Part shown: positions 1 through 10,328 of the stretch, piece after piece
Layout: each line of letters begins with the position of its first letter
How positions within the stretch are numbered: position 1 is the stretch's first letter
From: Dehalococcoidia bacterium
Lineage (GTDB): Bacteria; Chloroflexota; Dehalococcoidia; UBA2979
Reading direction: 5' to 3'
DNA length: 64,000 nucleotides
NCBI GenBank assembly: GCA_965220125.1
Contig: CBDCPB010000004.1
Span: 2,383,366-2,447,365, forward strand
Notes under the pieces: generated by a model
Seen by the model: only the letters and a program-made list of their open reading frames with translations
Databases searched by the model: none
Told to the model about the DNA's origin: nothing
Program-made: the position numbers and the translations under genes

Positions 1-56
1 GAACGCGCCGCCCGCCGCCGCGCCGCTGACCTCGGCCGCGCGGGCCATCGCCGGCG

Positions 57-869
57 CTACCCCTCCAGCAGGTCGAAGGCGGCCATCATCCGTGCGTGGC
101 GGCGCTCGATGAACCTCCGGGGCCAGGTGTCCGTGAAGACGAAGAGGCGGTCCTCGCTGACGGCGTCCAGCAGCATCCGTCCGATCTTTCTCGGCTCCAT
201 GCCTTCCCACTGGTCCACGGGCGCCGGCGCCGGCCCGCCGAGCGCCTCCGGGCGGTTGCGCTCGGCCTCGAAGATGCGCGAGCGGATGCCGGCCGGGCAG
301 AGCACGGTGACGCCGATGCCCTCGGGCTCGAGCTCGTCATGCAGGGCCTCCGAGAGGCCCACCACCGCGTACTTCGAGGTGATGTACGCCCCCGCCGCCA
401 TCGTCGTCGGCCGCGGGTACGGACCGCAGCCGCTGATCGAGCCGGTGTTCACGATGTGCGCGGCGCCGGCCTGCTGCCGCATCCGCGGGACGAAGGCGTC
501 GATGCCGTGGATCACCCCATGGACGTTCACGCCAAGCACCCAGCTCCAGTCGTCCGCCGAGGTGCCCACGATCGGCTTGAAGACCTGCACGCCCGCGTTG
601 TTGCAGAGCAGGCGCACCTCCCCGTACTCCTCGTACGCGCGTGTCGCCAGCGCAGCGACCGAAGCGGGGTCGGAGACATCCGTCTCGACGGCGATCGCTT
701 CACCGGCCGCCTTCCGGATCTCCGAGGCCACACGCTCGGCCTCGTCGAGTTGGATGTCGGCGACGACCACGCGCATGCCGGCCTCGTGACAGACGTAGGC
801 GAGGCCCTCGCCGAGTCCGCTCCCCGCGCCGGTGATGACGGCCGCGTCTCCCGGCTGGATCTCCATCAC
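57..869 (-). CDS. SDR-family short-chain dehydrogenase/reductase
   Basis: N-terminal TGAGSGLG Rossmann motif and NNAG / Y-x3-K SDR signatures. GGAGG RBS sits 6 nt upstream of ATG at 866; the track's start at 869 is a GTG one codon earlier. Confidence 0.85.
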   Translation of the reverse strand: MMEIQPGDAAVITGAGSGLGEGLAYVCHEAGMRVVVADIQLDEAERVASEIRKAAGEAIAVETDVSDPASVAALATRAYEEYGEVRLLCNNAGVQVFKPIVGTSADDWSWVLGVNVHGVIHGIDAFVPRMRQQAGAAHIVNTGSISGCGPYPRPTTMAAGAYITSKYAVVGLSEALHDELEPEGIGVTVLCPAGIRSRIFEAERNRPEALGGPAPAPVDQWEGMEPRKIGRMLLDAVSEDRLFVFTDTWPRRFIERRHARMMAAFDLLEG

Positions 870-878
870 GCACCTCCC

Positions 879-1572
879 TCAGGCGAAGCGGTACTCGCTG
901 AGTGCGCCCACGATCGCCGTCGAGGGCTCCCAGAACGTCGGCAGGTGATCGAGCACCTCCTTCACCACGGCGCGGTCGCCCGCGTAGCGGGCGTCGTCCG
1001 TGAAGACCTCCATGCTCGGGAAGCGCTCGTAGACGATCGCAAGGTAGACCGGCGCCTCCGCGGTGAGCCGTCGCGCCACGGCGTTGCGGATGTAGGACTC
1101 GCGCAGGGGGTGCAGGGCGAAGGAGAGCCTCGATTGCACCTCCTGCCACTCGCGGTAGAAGTCGTCGAGGCTCACGTGGGCCGGCTTGTCGTTGATCGCG
1201 AACTGCGTCACCCCGGGCACGCGCTCGCCCTCGCCGGGCGAGTGCGGGCAGGCCTGCACCGTCGACTCGGTCACGAGGTAGCCCCACAGCCCGGCACCGC
1301 CGCTGCTGCTCCGCAACGCTTCCTCGATCGGGGCGCGTCGTCCAGGCTGGGCAGCCAGCACTCGAACGTGGCCGCGACGCGCTCGAAGCCCGGCTGGATG
1401 CGCGCCGCACTGCGCTCGAGGATCTCCTCGGTCAGGTCCGGGATCAGCAGCGCCAGCTGCGAGGCGCCGACGGCGCGCGCCGCGGGCGCCACCGCCTCGG
1501 CCAGCCGGGCGCGCCGCTCCTCCAGCGGCACGCTCCCGCCCTCGAGGACGTAGATCAGCTTCTCCACCGTGG
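879..1572 (-). CDS. tandem EthD-like domain protein, apparently frameshifted (two overlapping ORFs 1271-1572 and 879-1361)
   Basis: Upstream ORF (VEKLIYVLEGG...ATFECWLP) and downstream ORF (LDDFYREWQEV...FPSMEVF) both look like EthD-type ~100-aa domains but overlap by 90 nt in different frames. Either a real frameshift/pseudogene or a sequencing indel. Confidence 0.4.
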
Positions 1573-1628
1573 CCCCCTCGCGCGGACGCAAGTGTACGCT
1601 CCGACTGGATCGTCGAAGGGAGCCTCGC

Positions 1629-2045
1629 ATGACACTGGAGCTGACCGACCTCGGGACGTTCGCCGTCCGCACCGGCGACTCGTGGCGCTTCTCGCGCGGA
1701 CCGCTCGGCGGGCGCTCCGTGAGCATCCTCGAGGGCGCGACGTGGGAGAGCGACCGCGTCCGCGCCGAGGCCGTCTGGATCAACGGCACCTACCGCTCGG
1801 GCCGCGAGACCGCCGAGGTCAACGTCCGCGCGATGCTCGAGACCGATGACGGCGCGCTGCTCTACATCGACTACGTCGGCCGCTTCCGCCCGCAGTTGAT
1901 GGGTACCGAGGGCGGCTCGGTCATGATGTCGGGCCGCATCGACACGCCCGACGAGCGCTACGACTGGCTCAACGCCACGCAGGTCGTCGGCAAGGGGCAG
2001 ATCGGCGACGGGGTCATGACCTACGAGCTCTACGCCCTCGAGTAG
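1629..2045 (+). CDS. DUF3237-family protein
   Basis: MTLELTDLGTF...GVMTYELYALE beta-rich pattern typical of DUF3237. ATG at 1629 preferred over the ORF-track start at 1569. Confidence 0.55.
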   Translation: MTLELTDLGTFAVRTGDSWRFSRGPLGGRSVSILEGATWESDRVRAEAVWINGTYRSGRETAEVNVRAMLETDDGALLYIDYVGRFRPQLMGTEGGSVMMSGRIDTPDERYDWLNATQVVGKGQIGDGVMTYELYALE

Positions 2046-2054
2046 CCGCCGCGC

Positions 2055-3368
2055 TCAGTTGCGCGGCGGGCGCTGGTAGTGCTCCGCCGGGTCGCGGTAG
2101 TACGGCCCCTCGATGCGCCGTCGGGCGATGCGCCAGCGGCCGTCGACACGCACGAGATCGTCGAGGTAGCGCCGCGCGCCGTCGCTCCAGTGGGTCGCCG
2201 CCCGCTCGCCGGCCCGCTGGTAGTTCACGTACGCGTACGTCTCGACGCTCGCGCGGTCGCCGTCGATCTCGAGGCGCTGGTTGCCGAGCAGGTGGGTGCT
2301 GCGCCGCCACGGCTCCAGCTCGTCGCGCAGCGAGGCGATCAGGCTCTTGGCGTGCTCGCCGGCGTCCGGCGCGAAACAGGACCGCACGAGTTCGAAGTCG
2401 CGCCGGTCGAGCGCGATCGCGAACGTCGCGGTCAGGTCCTCGATCTCCGCGCGGTCGAGCAGGGAGCGAACCTCGCGATCGTCGGAGCTCGGGCGCAGCG
2501 GGTTCGCGCTCGGGACGGTCGCCGCGTCCGGTCCCCGCTCGGCGAAGCGCCAGCGGCCCTCGTGGCGGACGAGCCGGTCGCTGTAGCGCCTGCCGGCGAT
2601 GGCCCACTCCGTCTCACCGTCGGGAGGCTCGCGCTGACTGATGATCGCGGCGGTCCGCATCGCCGCCTCATCGCCGTCGACCTCGATCAGCTGTGAGCCC
2701 ATGAAGTGCGTGGTGGACACGAAGTGCTCGACGCCGCTGATGTACTCGATGAGCGGGTCGAGGTCGTCGAACTCGTGGTCGCCGTAGCGGGCGCGGAAGC
2801 CGGGCGCGAAGCAGGCGCGGACGCGCTCGTAGTCGCGCAGGTCGACGCCCAGCGCGTACGACGCCATCAGGTCGTGGATCTCGGCACGGTCGAGCAGCCA
2901 CTGCACCGCGGGCTCGCTCGTCTCGACGCCCGTGACGCCTGTCGGCGCCCACAGCGGCTCGGCCTTGCGCTCCACGATCATCCAGCGGCCCTCGCGGCGT
3001 TCGAGCCGCTCCGAGTAGCGCCGATCGCTGGGGTTGAACTCGAACGGCGTGCCGTCGCGGCGAGTCGCCCGGTGCATCAGCATCGCGTAGGCCTGCAGGC
3101 TGGCCTCGTCTCCGTCGACCTCGATGAACTCGTTGCCGAGGAAGTGCATCGTCGTGTGGAAGCGCGCCACCTGGCGGATGTAGTCCATCAGCGTGTCGCG
3201 GTCGGGAATCTCTCCGAAGCCCCAGCTGCCTCCCAGATCGGGCACGAAGCAGGAAGCCTGCATATCCCACTCGCGGCGGTCGCAGGCGAACGCGTAACGC
3301 ATCAGCAGGTCGTGAATCTCGGCGCGATCGAGCAGCAGTTGCACCGCGGGGTCGCGAGGCGAGGTCAA
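2055..3368 (-). CDS. protein with three tandem SnoaL/NTF2-like domains
   Basis: A ~140-aa unit beginning 'LLDRAEI(H/E)DL...' and ending 'EGRW(R/M)I' occurs three times in one 437-aa ORF. Confidence 0.7.
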   Translation of the reverse strand: MTSPRDPAVQLLLDRAEIHDLLMRYAFACDRREWDMQASCFVPDLGGSWGFGEIPDRDTLMDYIRQVARFHTTMHFLGNEFIEVDGDEASLQAYAMLMHRATRRDGTPFEFNPSDRRYSERLERREGRWMIVERKAEPLWAPTGVTGVETSEPAVQWLLDRAEIHDLMASYALGVDLRDYERVRACFAPGFRARYGDHEFDDLDPLIEYISGVEHFVSTTHFMGSQLIEVDGDEAAMRTAAIISQREPPDGETEWAIAGRRYSDRLVRHEGRWRFAERGPDAATVPSANPLRPSSDDREVRSLLDRAEIEDLTATFAIALDRRDFELVRSCFAPDAGEHAKSLIASLRDELEPWRRSTHLLGNQRLEIDGDRASVETYAYVNYQRAGERAATHWSDGARRYLDDLVRVDGRWRIARRRIEGPYYRDPAEHYQRPPRN

Positions 3369-3411
3369 GGTCCGGCCTCCTTCTGGTGCAGCGCCTCGCT
3401 CGCGGGCAACG

Positions 3412-4323
3412 CTACTGCGCCTCGGGGTCCTGCCGCACCTCGACGCCCGCGAGGCGCTCCATCGCCTTCACGATTGCCTGCGTGCCCTCCTCGCCGAGGC
3501 CCATCGCCTCGGCGGCGGTGAGGTACTGGCGGGCGACGGCGGTGACGGCGAGCGGCACATGCCCCTCCTGCGCCGCCTCAAGGATCAGCCGCAGGTCCTT
3601 CTGCTGCAGCTTCACCATGAAGCCGGGCGCGAAGTCGCGCTGCGCCATGCGCGGTCCGAGGTTGGCGAGCTGCCACGAGCCCGCCGCGCCGCCGGAGACG
3701 GCCTCCACCGTCTTCAGCAGGTCCGCCCCCTGCGAGGCCGCGAATACCAGTGCCTCGGCCACCGCAGCGCAGGTGCCCGCGACGAGGATCTGGTTCACGA
3801 GCTTCGTCGTCTGCCCCATGCCGGACGGCCCCATCAGCGTGATGCTCGTCCCCATCGCCTCGAACACGGGGAGGCAGCGCTCGAAGGTCTCCTGCTCGCC
3901 GCCGACCATGATCGTGAGCGTGGCCTGCTCCGCGCCCCACGAGCCGCCGCTGACCGGCGCGTCGAGCATCGCGATGCCGCGCTCCGCCAGCCGCCCCGCG
4001 AGGGCGCGCGTCTCGCCCGGCGAGATCGTGCTCATGTCGATCAGCACGGAGCCCTCCGCCATCGCGCCCGCGAGCCCGTCCTCGCCCTCGACGGCGGCGA
4101 GCACGTCGGGCGTGTCCGGCACCATCGTGATCACGGTGCTCGCGGCGCGCCCGACCTCGGCGGGGGAGGCGGCGACGCTGACGCCGTCGGCTCGGAGCGC
4201 CTCGGCCTTCGCCGCCGTGCGGTTGAAGGCGACGACCGCGAAGCCCGCCTTCGCCAGGTTGCGCGCCATCGGCGCGCCCATGATGCCGGTCCCCACGACG
4301 CCGATCGTCTCCTGCTCGGACAT
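3412..4323 (-). CDS. NAD(P)-dependent 3-hydroxyisobutyrate dehydrogenase-family oxidoreductase (MmsB/GarR-like)
   Basis: N-terminal GVVGTGIMGAPMARNL dinucleotide-binding motif and overall 6-PGDH-like architecture of the 3-hydroxyacid dehydrogenase family. Confidence 0.85.
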   Translation of the reverse strand: MSEQETIGVVGTGIMGAPMARNLAKAGFAVVAFNRTAAKAEALRADGVSVAASPAEVGRAASTVITMVPDTPDVLAAVEGEDGLAGAMAEGSVLIDMSTISPGETRALAGRLAERGIAMLDAPVSGGSWGAEQATLTIMVGGEQETFERCLPVFEAMGTSITLMGPSGMGQTTKLVNQILVAGTCAAVAEALVFAASQGADLLKTVEAVSGGAAGSWQLANLGPRMAQRDFAPGFMVKLQQKDLRLILEAAQEGHVPLAVTAVARQYLTAAEAMGLGEEGTQAIVKAMERLAGVEVRQDPEAQ

Positions 4324-4533
4324 CAGCGGCCCCTCCTCGCTACTTCCGCGCGTCGCCGCGCGCGCCTCGCTGAGCCTCGGCGGCGGCTTGTGCGCCGGAG
4401 TCGCGTGGCAGCACCCAAGTCTAGGGCAGTGAACGCGAGGGTTTGCTCAGGCTGGCGCTGGTCGTGGTGTGGTTTGACGGTCCACTCCACCGCCCTCAGG
4501 CTGGCTGTCGCCAGGCCGTGAAGGAGGTTCGCC

Positions 4534-5004
4534 ATGAAGATGGACGATGAAATGCAACCCATGGGCTCCAGCCCGCTGTTCGGGAACTTCCTCCTCCGCT
4601 ACGTGGAGGAGTTCTATCTCGGTTTCCGGCTGCTGTTTGCCTTTCTGCTGGCTCTGCACGGGGCACAGAAGGCGTTCCTGCTCTGGAACTTCCCGGCCGA
4701 TCATCCGCTCGGCTGGAAGGTCGACGTCGCCGGGTGGGTGGAATTCGTCGCCGCGATCCTGATCGCGAGCGGCGTGTTCACGCGTCTGGGGGCTGGCGCA
4801 CTGGCGGTGCAGATGGTGGTCGCCTACCTCGATGTGCACTACGGCAACGATCTCTGGCCGCACATCTACCCGGCGGAGGGCGGCTTCGGCGCCACCGGCG
4901 GCGAGGTGGCGATCCTCTACTTCGGGATCGCGGGCATCATCGGCGTCCTGGGGAGCCGCAAGTACGGACTCGAGCAACTGCTGTTCAAGCGGGAGCTGCT
5001 CTAG
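4534..5004 (+). CDS. DoxX-like small integral membrane protein
   Basis: 156 aa, 3-4 hydrophobic helices; GAAGGAGG RBS 7 nt upstream of ATG. Confidence 0.5.
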   Translation: MKMDDEMQPMGSSPLFGNFLLRYVEEFYLGFRLLFAFLLALHGAQKAFLLWNFPADHPLGWKVDVAGWVEFVAAILIASGVFTRLGAGALAVQMVVAYLDVHYGNDLWPHIYPAEGGFGATGGEVAILYFGIAGIIGVLGSRKYGLEQLLFKRELL

Positions 5005-5062
5005 CGGCAGCCCTCGCGCCACCGCCTTCCGCCAGCACGTCGCTGGCCCACGGCGCCGCGCG

Positions 5063-6439
5063 TCAGGTCGCGCTCTCGAGGTAGGCCGTCCCGACGATGC
5101 GGTCCTCGACGAGCTGCGCGTACTCGGACTCGCCGAGGCCGATCAGCCCGCACAGCAGCTCCTCGTTGTGCTGGCCCAGCAGCGGGGCCGGTCCGCGCAG
5201 CGGCGTGAGCGAGGTGCGCGAGAACTGCGCCATCGGTCCGGGGTAGGGGTGCGTCCCGGCTGCCGGGTGGGTGATCTCCTGGAAGAAGCCGCGCTCGACG
5301 AGCTGCGGGTCGCCGGTCATCTCCGGCTGGTGCAGCAGCGCCACGGCCGGCACGCCCGCGCGCTGCAGCCGCTCCATCAGCGGCTGCGCCTCGTGCCGGA
5401 CGGCCCAGGCGCGGACCTCTGCCTCGAGGGCGTCCCGGTTGCGATGCCGCGAGACGATGTCGGCGTAGCGCTCGTCCGCCGCCAGCTCCGGCCGGCCCAT
5501 CTCGCCGCAGAGCGCGGCAAACGCCTCGTCCGAGGGCGTCGCGATCGCGATCCAGCGGTCGGCGGCGTCCTCCGGACCCGCCGGGGACGGCGAGGGCGCG
5601 CAAGCAAAGATGCCGTAGGGCGCGATCGAGGGGTGCGTGTTGCCCGCGTGCCCGTGCGCTCGGCGGTTCATCGAGTAGTCCATGAAGGCGTAGCTGAGGT
5701 GCTGCATCACTGCCTCGGCCTGCGAGATCTCGATCAGCTGCCCTCGGCCGCTGCGCTTGCGTGACCAGAGCGCCGCCTGCAGCGCGAAGGCCACCGTCGC
5801 GCCGGCGTTCGGATCGCCGTGCAGCGAGGCGGGCGTGAGCGAGGGGTCGGCGTCGCTGTAGCCGCGCAGCATCGTGTGGCCGACGACCGCTTCCATGACG
5901 TTGCCGTAGCCCTTGTAGTGCTCGTACGGCCCGTCGATCCCGAAGCCCGGGAAGCGCACCATCACCAGCCGCGGGTTGATCGCCGAGAGCGTCTCCCAGT
6001 CGATCCCGAGGTTGCCGACGACGTCGGCGGCGCCGTTCTCAATGAAGGCGTCCGAGCGTTTCACCAGCTCATGGAACAGCTCGCGGCCGCGCTCGCGCCG
6101 CAGGTCGAGCGTGATCGACTTGCAGCCGCGCTTGCCGTAGTTGAACCAGGCCTGGCGGTTCCAGAAGCCCTCGCTGCCGTCGCGGTTCAGGTAGTAGGTG
6201 CCCGTCGTCCCGGCGAGCATCACGGGGCTGACGTGGCGCGAGTTCGTGCGCGTCGGGTTGAGGTGCTGGATCGACTCGACCTCGATCACCTCGGCGCCGA
6301 GGTCGGAGAGCAGGACGGTGGCGAACGGTCCCGCCCAGACGATCGCCTGCGCGAGCACGCGCACGCCCTCGAGCGGCAGGCGGCGGGCGGGCGCTTCCGC
6401 GTCCGCCGCCGCGGCGTCCGGCTGCTTGCTGGCGGTCAT
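5063..6439 (-). CDS. CoA-transferase family III (CaiB/BaiF) protein
   Basis: N-terminal 'LEGVRVL...GP...LLSDLGAEVIEVE' motif and family III architecture. 3' of an acyl-CoA dehydrogenase gene on the same strand. Confidence 0.85.
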   Translation of the reverse strand: MTASKQPDAAAADAEAPARRLPLEGVRVLAQAIVWAGPFATVLLSDLGAEVIEVESIQHLNPTRTNSRHVSPVMLAGTTGTYYLNRDGSEGFWNRQAWFNYGKRGCKSITLDLRRERGRELFHELVKRSDAFIENGAADVVGNLGIDWETLSAINPRLVMVRFPGFGIDGPYEHYKGYGNVMEAVVGHTMLRGYSDADPSLTPASLHGDPNAGATVAFALQAALWSRKRSGRGQLIEISQAEAVMQHLSYAFMDYSMNRRAHGHAGNTHPSIAPYGIFACAPSPSPAGPEDAADRWIAIATPSDEAFAALCGEMGRPELAADERYADIVSRHRNRDALEAEVRAWAVRHEAQPLMERLQRAGVPAVALLHQPEMTGDPQLVERGFFQEITHPAAGTHPYPGPMAQFSRTSLTPLRGPAPLLGQHNEELLCGLIGLGESEYAQLVEDRIVGTAYLESAT

Positions 6440-6457
6440 CTCCTCGGCCCGCTCGCG

Positions 6458-7720
<1,263 letters not shown>

Positions 7721-7828
7721 CGCAACCTCCCGATCTTCGCGATGGCGATGCTAGCAGCCTCGCGCGGCGCTCGTTGTGGGTGATGGGCTTGAGGCTCGTC
7801 GCAGACGGAGTTTGGCCCGCGCGCCCCT

Positions 7829-8257
7829 TCAGGCCGCGGTCACCTCGACGACGAGGCTGTGTCCCACGGCCCGGAGTGCCTTCTGGACCTGGCTGACGTG
7901 AGAGCGGTGGTCAGGGTTGGCCAGCTTTCGCACGGCCGACTCGCTGATCCCGAGCCTGTCAGCGAGCTCCACCTTGGTGATGCGCTGGGCGCGCATTGCC
8001 GTGTAGAGCGCGAGCTTGGCAGCCACGACGGGCTGCACGGCGACGAGCACCTGACCGGCGACTGCCTCGCCGGGGGCGGGGATGTTCCGCTTCTCGTGGA
8101 CGTATCCGGCGAGTGCGGTCGCGAGGGAGTCTTCCGCCATCTCCAGGGCCTCGGACCGATCTTCTCCCCCTGTGATGGCCTCTGGAACGTCGGGAAAGGT
8201 GGCTACCAGCCATCCCTCCTCATCGGTCGTGAGTTGACAGGGGTATTGGTAGATCAT
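7829..8257 (-). CDS. hicB: HicB-family antitoxin (UPF0150 fold plus C-terminal HTH)
   Basis: N-terminus MIYQYPCQLTTDEEGWLVATFPDVPEAITGGEDRSEALEMAED matches the HicB consensus; C-terminal RITKVELADRLGISESAVRKL HTH. Confidence 0.7.
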   Translation of the reverse strand: MIYQYPCQLTTDEEGWLVATFPDVPEAITGGEDRSEALEMAEDSLATALAGYVHEKRNIPAPGEAVAGQVLVAVQPVVAAKLALYTAMRAQRITKVELADRLGISESAVRKLANPDHRSHVSQVQKALRAVGHSLVVEVTAA

Positions 8258-8432
8258 CGCTCAGAACTCCCGTTGATCGGATGTCCAGTTGACGCAGCAT
8301 CGCGGCCAGCATTCCCCGTGACAGCTCGCCTCGCTTCACCGTCGTGAACCGCGAGCCGATGTAAAGCCGGCCGTGACTCCCCTTGCCATGCGCCGGATCG
8401 AAACGGAAGGCTTGTCGGCCGCAGTATCGCAC
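8220..8432 (-). CDS. hicA: HicA-family mRNA interferase toxin
   Basis: 70 aa with the GSHGRLY...TTVKRG HicA-like core (dsRBD-like), immediately upstream of and overlapping hicB. Confidence 0.55.
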   Translation of the reverse strand: MRYCGRQAFRFDPAHGKGSHGRLYIGSRFTTVKRGELSRGMLAAMLRQLDIRSTGVLSDDLPIPLSTHDR

Positions 8433-8596
8433 CTAAAGGTGCGATTATCAACACCGGCTCGTTGCCTGCCCACGATCTGACCGCCGCGAAGGGCATGGTG
8501 CGACCGGACAGGCTGGGCCGTGAATGAAAGCCATTCGCGTCGTGAATGATCGACGAGACGAGGTCGCCGTAATCCACGGCCAGTTGCCCGAGGGCG

Positions 8597-9019
8597 CTAC
8601 TCCTCGTAGACGATGAACTCCAGCAGGTTGTGGTCCGGGTCGCGCGTGTAGATGCTCACGCCCCAGTCGCGGCCGCCGCCGCGTCCGCCCTCCCTCGGCA
8701 CCGGGCCCTCCTCGATCGGCGCCCCGGTCGCCTCGAGGGCGGCCTGCAGGTCCTCGAGGCCGCCGTCCCAGACGAAGCAGAGGTCGCCGCAGCCGGGCTT
8801 CGCGGTGGGGCCGCGCAGCGTGAAGTCCTCGCGCGGCCAGAAGTCCGGGCCGTGCACGTTCATCTTGTTGTCCCCGAACGCGATCGAGAAGATCGGGCGG
8901 TCCCCGCTGCGGAAGGCGTCGGCGTCGAGGATGGTGAAGCCCATGCTCTCGTAGAAGGCCATCATCTCCTCGGGATGGTCCGTCGGGACCGAGGCGTGGT
9001 CGAAGCGGATCGCGGGCAT
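8597..9019 (-). CDS. VOC-family (glyoxalase/bleomycin-resistance/dioxygenase fold) protein
   Basis: 140 aa with the paired beta-alpha-beta-beta-beta pattern and H/E metal ligand spacing typical of VOC proteins. Confidence 0.75.
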   Translation of the reverse strand: MPAIRFDHASVPTDHPEEMMAFYESMGFTILDADAFRSGDRPIFSIAFGDNKMNVHGPDFWPREDFTLRGPTAKPGCGDLCFVWDGGLEDLQAALEATGAPIEEGPVPREGGRGGGRDWGVSIYTRDPDHNLLEFIVYEE

Positions 9020-9029
9020 CGGGGCCTCC

Positions 9030-9395
9030 TCACAGGCCGTGGCCGGCGGGGTAGAACTCGGGGATCGGAGTGCGGATGCGGTCGCGCACCCAGCCGGGGC
9101 CGATCAGCAGCGTCCACTCCGCCTCCGGGAGCTGGCCGGGCGGCAACTCGACCTCGATCTCGATCGTCGGTTTGCTGCCGGCGATGCGGAAGATGAAGCG
9201 CTCCAGGCGCTCGTCGTAGGCGCTCTGCACCGGCGCCGGTCCGAAGACCAGCTCGACGAGCTGGCGGTGCGGGTCGTAGCCCTGCTCGCGCATCGTCGCC
9301 ATCGCCGCCTCGATGTCGAACGCGCGCCCGCCGCGCATGCCCGCCGCGTGGGCGCGCTGCCGTTCCTGCTGTAGCCGTGCGACCGTGATCGTCAT
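9030..9395 (-). CDS. hypothetical protein
   Basis: 121-aa ORF tightly packed (10 nt) behind the VOC gene on the same strand; no recognisable family. Confidence 0.4.
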   Translation of the reverse strand: MTITVARLQQERQRAHAAGMRGGRAFDIEAAMATMREQGYDPHRQLVELVFGPAPVQSAYDERLERFIFRIAGSKPTIEIEVELPPGQLPEAEWTLLIGPGWVRDRIRTPIPEFYPAGHGL

Positions 9396-9446
9396 GCGCG
9401 CGCTCCCCGCGAGCGCGATGGTAGCAGCGCCGGCGCTGCCCGCGCG

Positions 9447-10328
9447 CTACGCTCCGTAGCGCTCGCCCAGGTCGAGGTAGCCCGCCGTGCCGACGATCGC
9501 CTCGCGCTCGTTGAAGGTGATCATGCGCTCCGCCTGAGCGGCGCTGCTGCCGTCCTCGCGGATCGCCTCCAGCGTGCGCTGCATCGCCCATACGGCGGCG
9601 CGCTGGAGATCCGAGGGGATGATCACGATGCGGTAGCCGAGCTCGGCGAGCCGCCCGGCGGGAACGAGCGGGGTCTTGCCGCCCTGGAACATGTTGATCA
9701 GCTTCGGACCGGGCAGCCGCTCCGCGATCGCCTCGATCTGCGCCTCGCTCTCCGGCGCTTCGACGAAGAGCACGTCCGCCCCCGCCTCGCCGTAGCGCCC
9801 GGCGCGTTCGAGCGCGGCCTCGAGGCCCTCGACGGCGATCGCGTCGGTGCGCGCGATCAGCACCACGCCGCTGCCCTCCAGCGCCTCGCTGGCGGCGCGC
9901 AGTTTCTGCGCCATCTCCTCGGCGGGGACGAGCGACTTGTCGTCGAGGTGGCCGCAGCGCTTGGGGAAGGTCTGGTCCTCGAGGTGCAGCGCGGCGACGC
10001 CGAGGCTCGCGAACGCCTGCGCCGCGCGCCGCGTGTTGAGCGCGTTGCCGTAGCCCGTGTCCGCGTCCGCGATCACCGGGATCGAGACCGCCTCGACGAT
10101 AGGACGCAGGCGGTCGACGACCTCGCCGAGGCCGAGCAGCCCGAGGTCCGGCAATCCGCCGCTGCGCGCGATCGCGCCGCCGCTGGCGTAGACGGCGGGG
10201 AACCCCGCCTGCTCGACCAGCCGCGCCGAGAGCCCGTCGAAGACGCCGGGCGCGACGACGACCTCGTCGCCCTCGATCAGCTCGCGCAGCCGCGCGGCAG
10301 CCGGGATCGTCGTCTGCGTCGCGCTCAT
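9447..10328 (-). CDS. isocitrate lyase/PEP mutase superfamily enzyme (methylisocitrate-lyase / carboxyvinyl-carboxyphosphonate phosphorylmutase-like)
   Basis: AGF(P/A)A(V/I)Y(A/L)SG, ...IPVIADADTGYG... and ...LHLEDQ..PKRCGH... motifs of the ICL/PEPM TIM-barrel family. 4-nt overlap with the upstream PrpF-like gene. Confidence 0.85.
   Translation of the reverse strand: MSATQTTIPAAARLRELIEGDEVVVAPGVFDGLSARLVEQAGFPAVYASGGAIARSGGLPDLGLLGLGEVVDRLRPIVEAVSIPVIADADTGYGNALNTRRAAQAFASLGVAALHLEDQTFPKRCGHLDDKSLVPAEEMAQKLRAASEALEGSGVVLIARTDAIAVEGLEAALERAGRYGEAGADVLFVEAPESEAQIEAIAERLPGPKLINMFQGGKTPLVPAGRLAELGYRIVIIPSDLQRAAVWAMQRTLEAIREDGSSAAQAERMITFNEREAIVGTAGYLDLGERYGA

Noticed and set aside
1-48. Start of a minus-strand gene (ATG at 48..46, 'MARAAEVSGAAAGGAF...') running off the left edge
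   Set aside because: Only 16 codons are inside the window; it cannot be identified.
96-1553. Many very long ORFs on the strand opposite to confidently called genes (e.g. 96-1553+, 5819-7783+, 10572-11714-, 12695-14626-, 15534-16844-, 18903-20618+, 21802-22860-, 27154-29433-, 30268-31614-, 37631-39415-, 40194-41951-, 44806-46038-, 61657-63732+)
   Set aside because: They are Arg/Ala/Gly/Pro-rich translations typical of antisense frames in ~70% GC DNA, where stop codons are rare. None shows a family signature, and each is fully shadowed by a gene with clear homology-type motifs on the other strand.
8254-8577. 107-aa ORF on the minus strand and a plus-strand fragment 'GAIINTGSLPAHDLTAAKGMV' around 8440-8520
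   Set aside because: The minus ORF has no RBS or family support. The plus-strand fragment looks like a short remnant of an SDR gene (IINTSS/YxxxK-like spacing) but is <30 codons with no start, so at most a gene relic. A hairpin 'gcacctaaaggtgc' at 8431-8444 may be a terminator.
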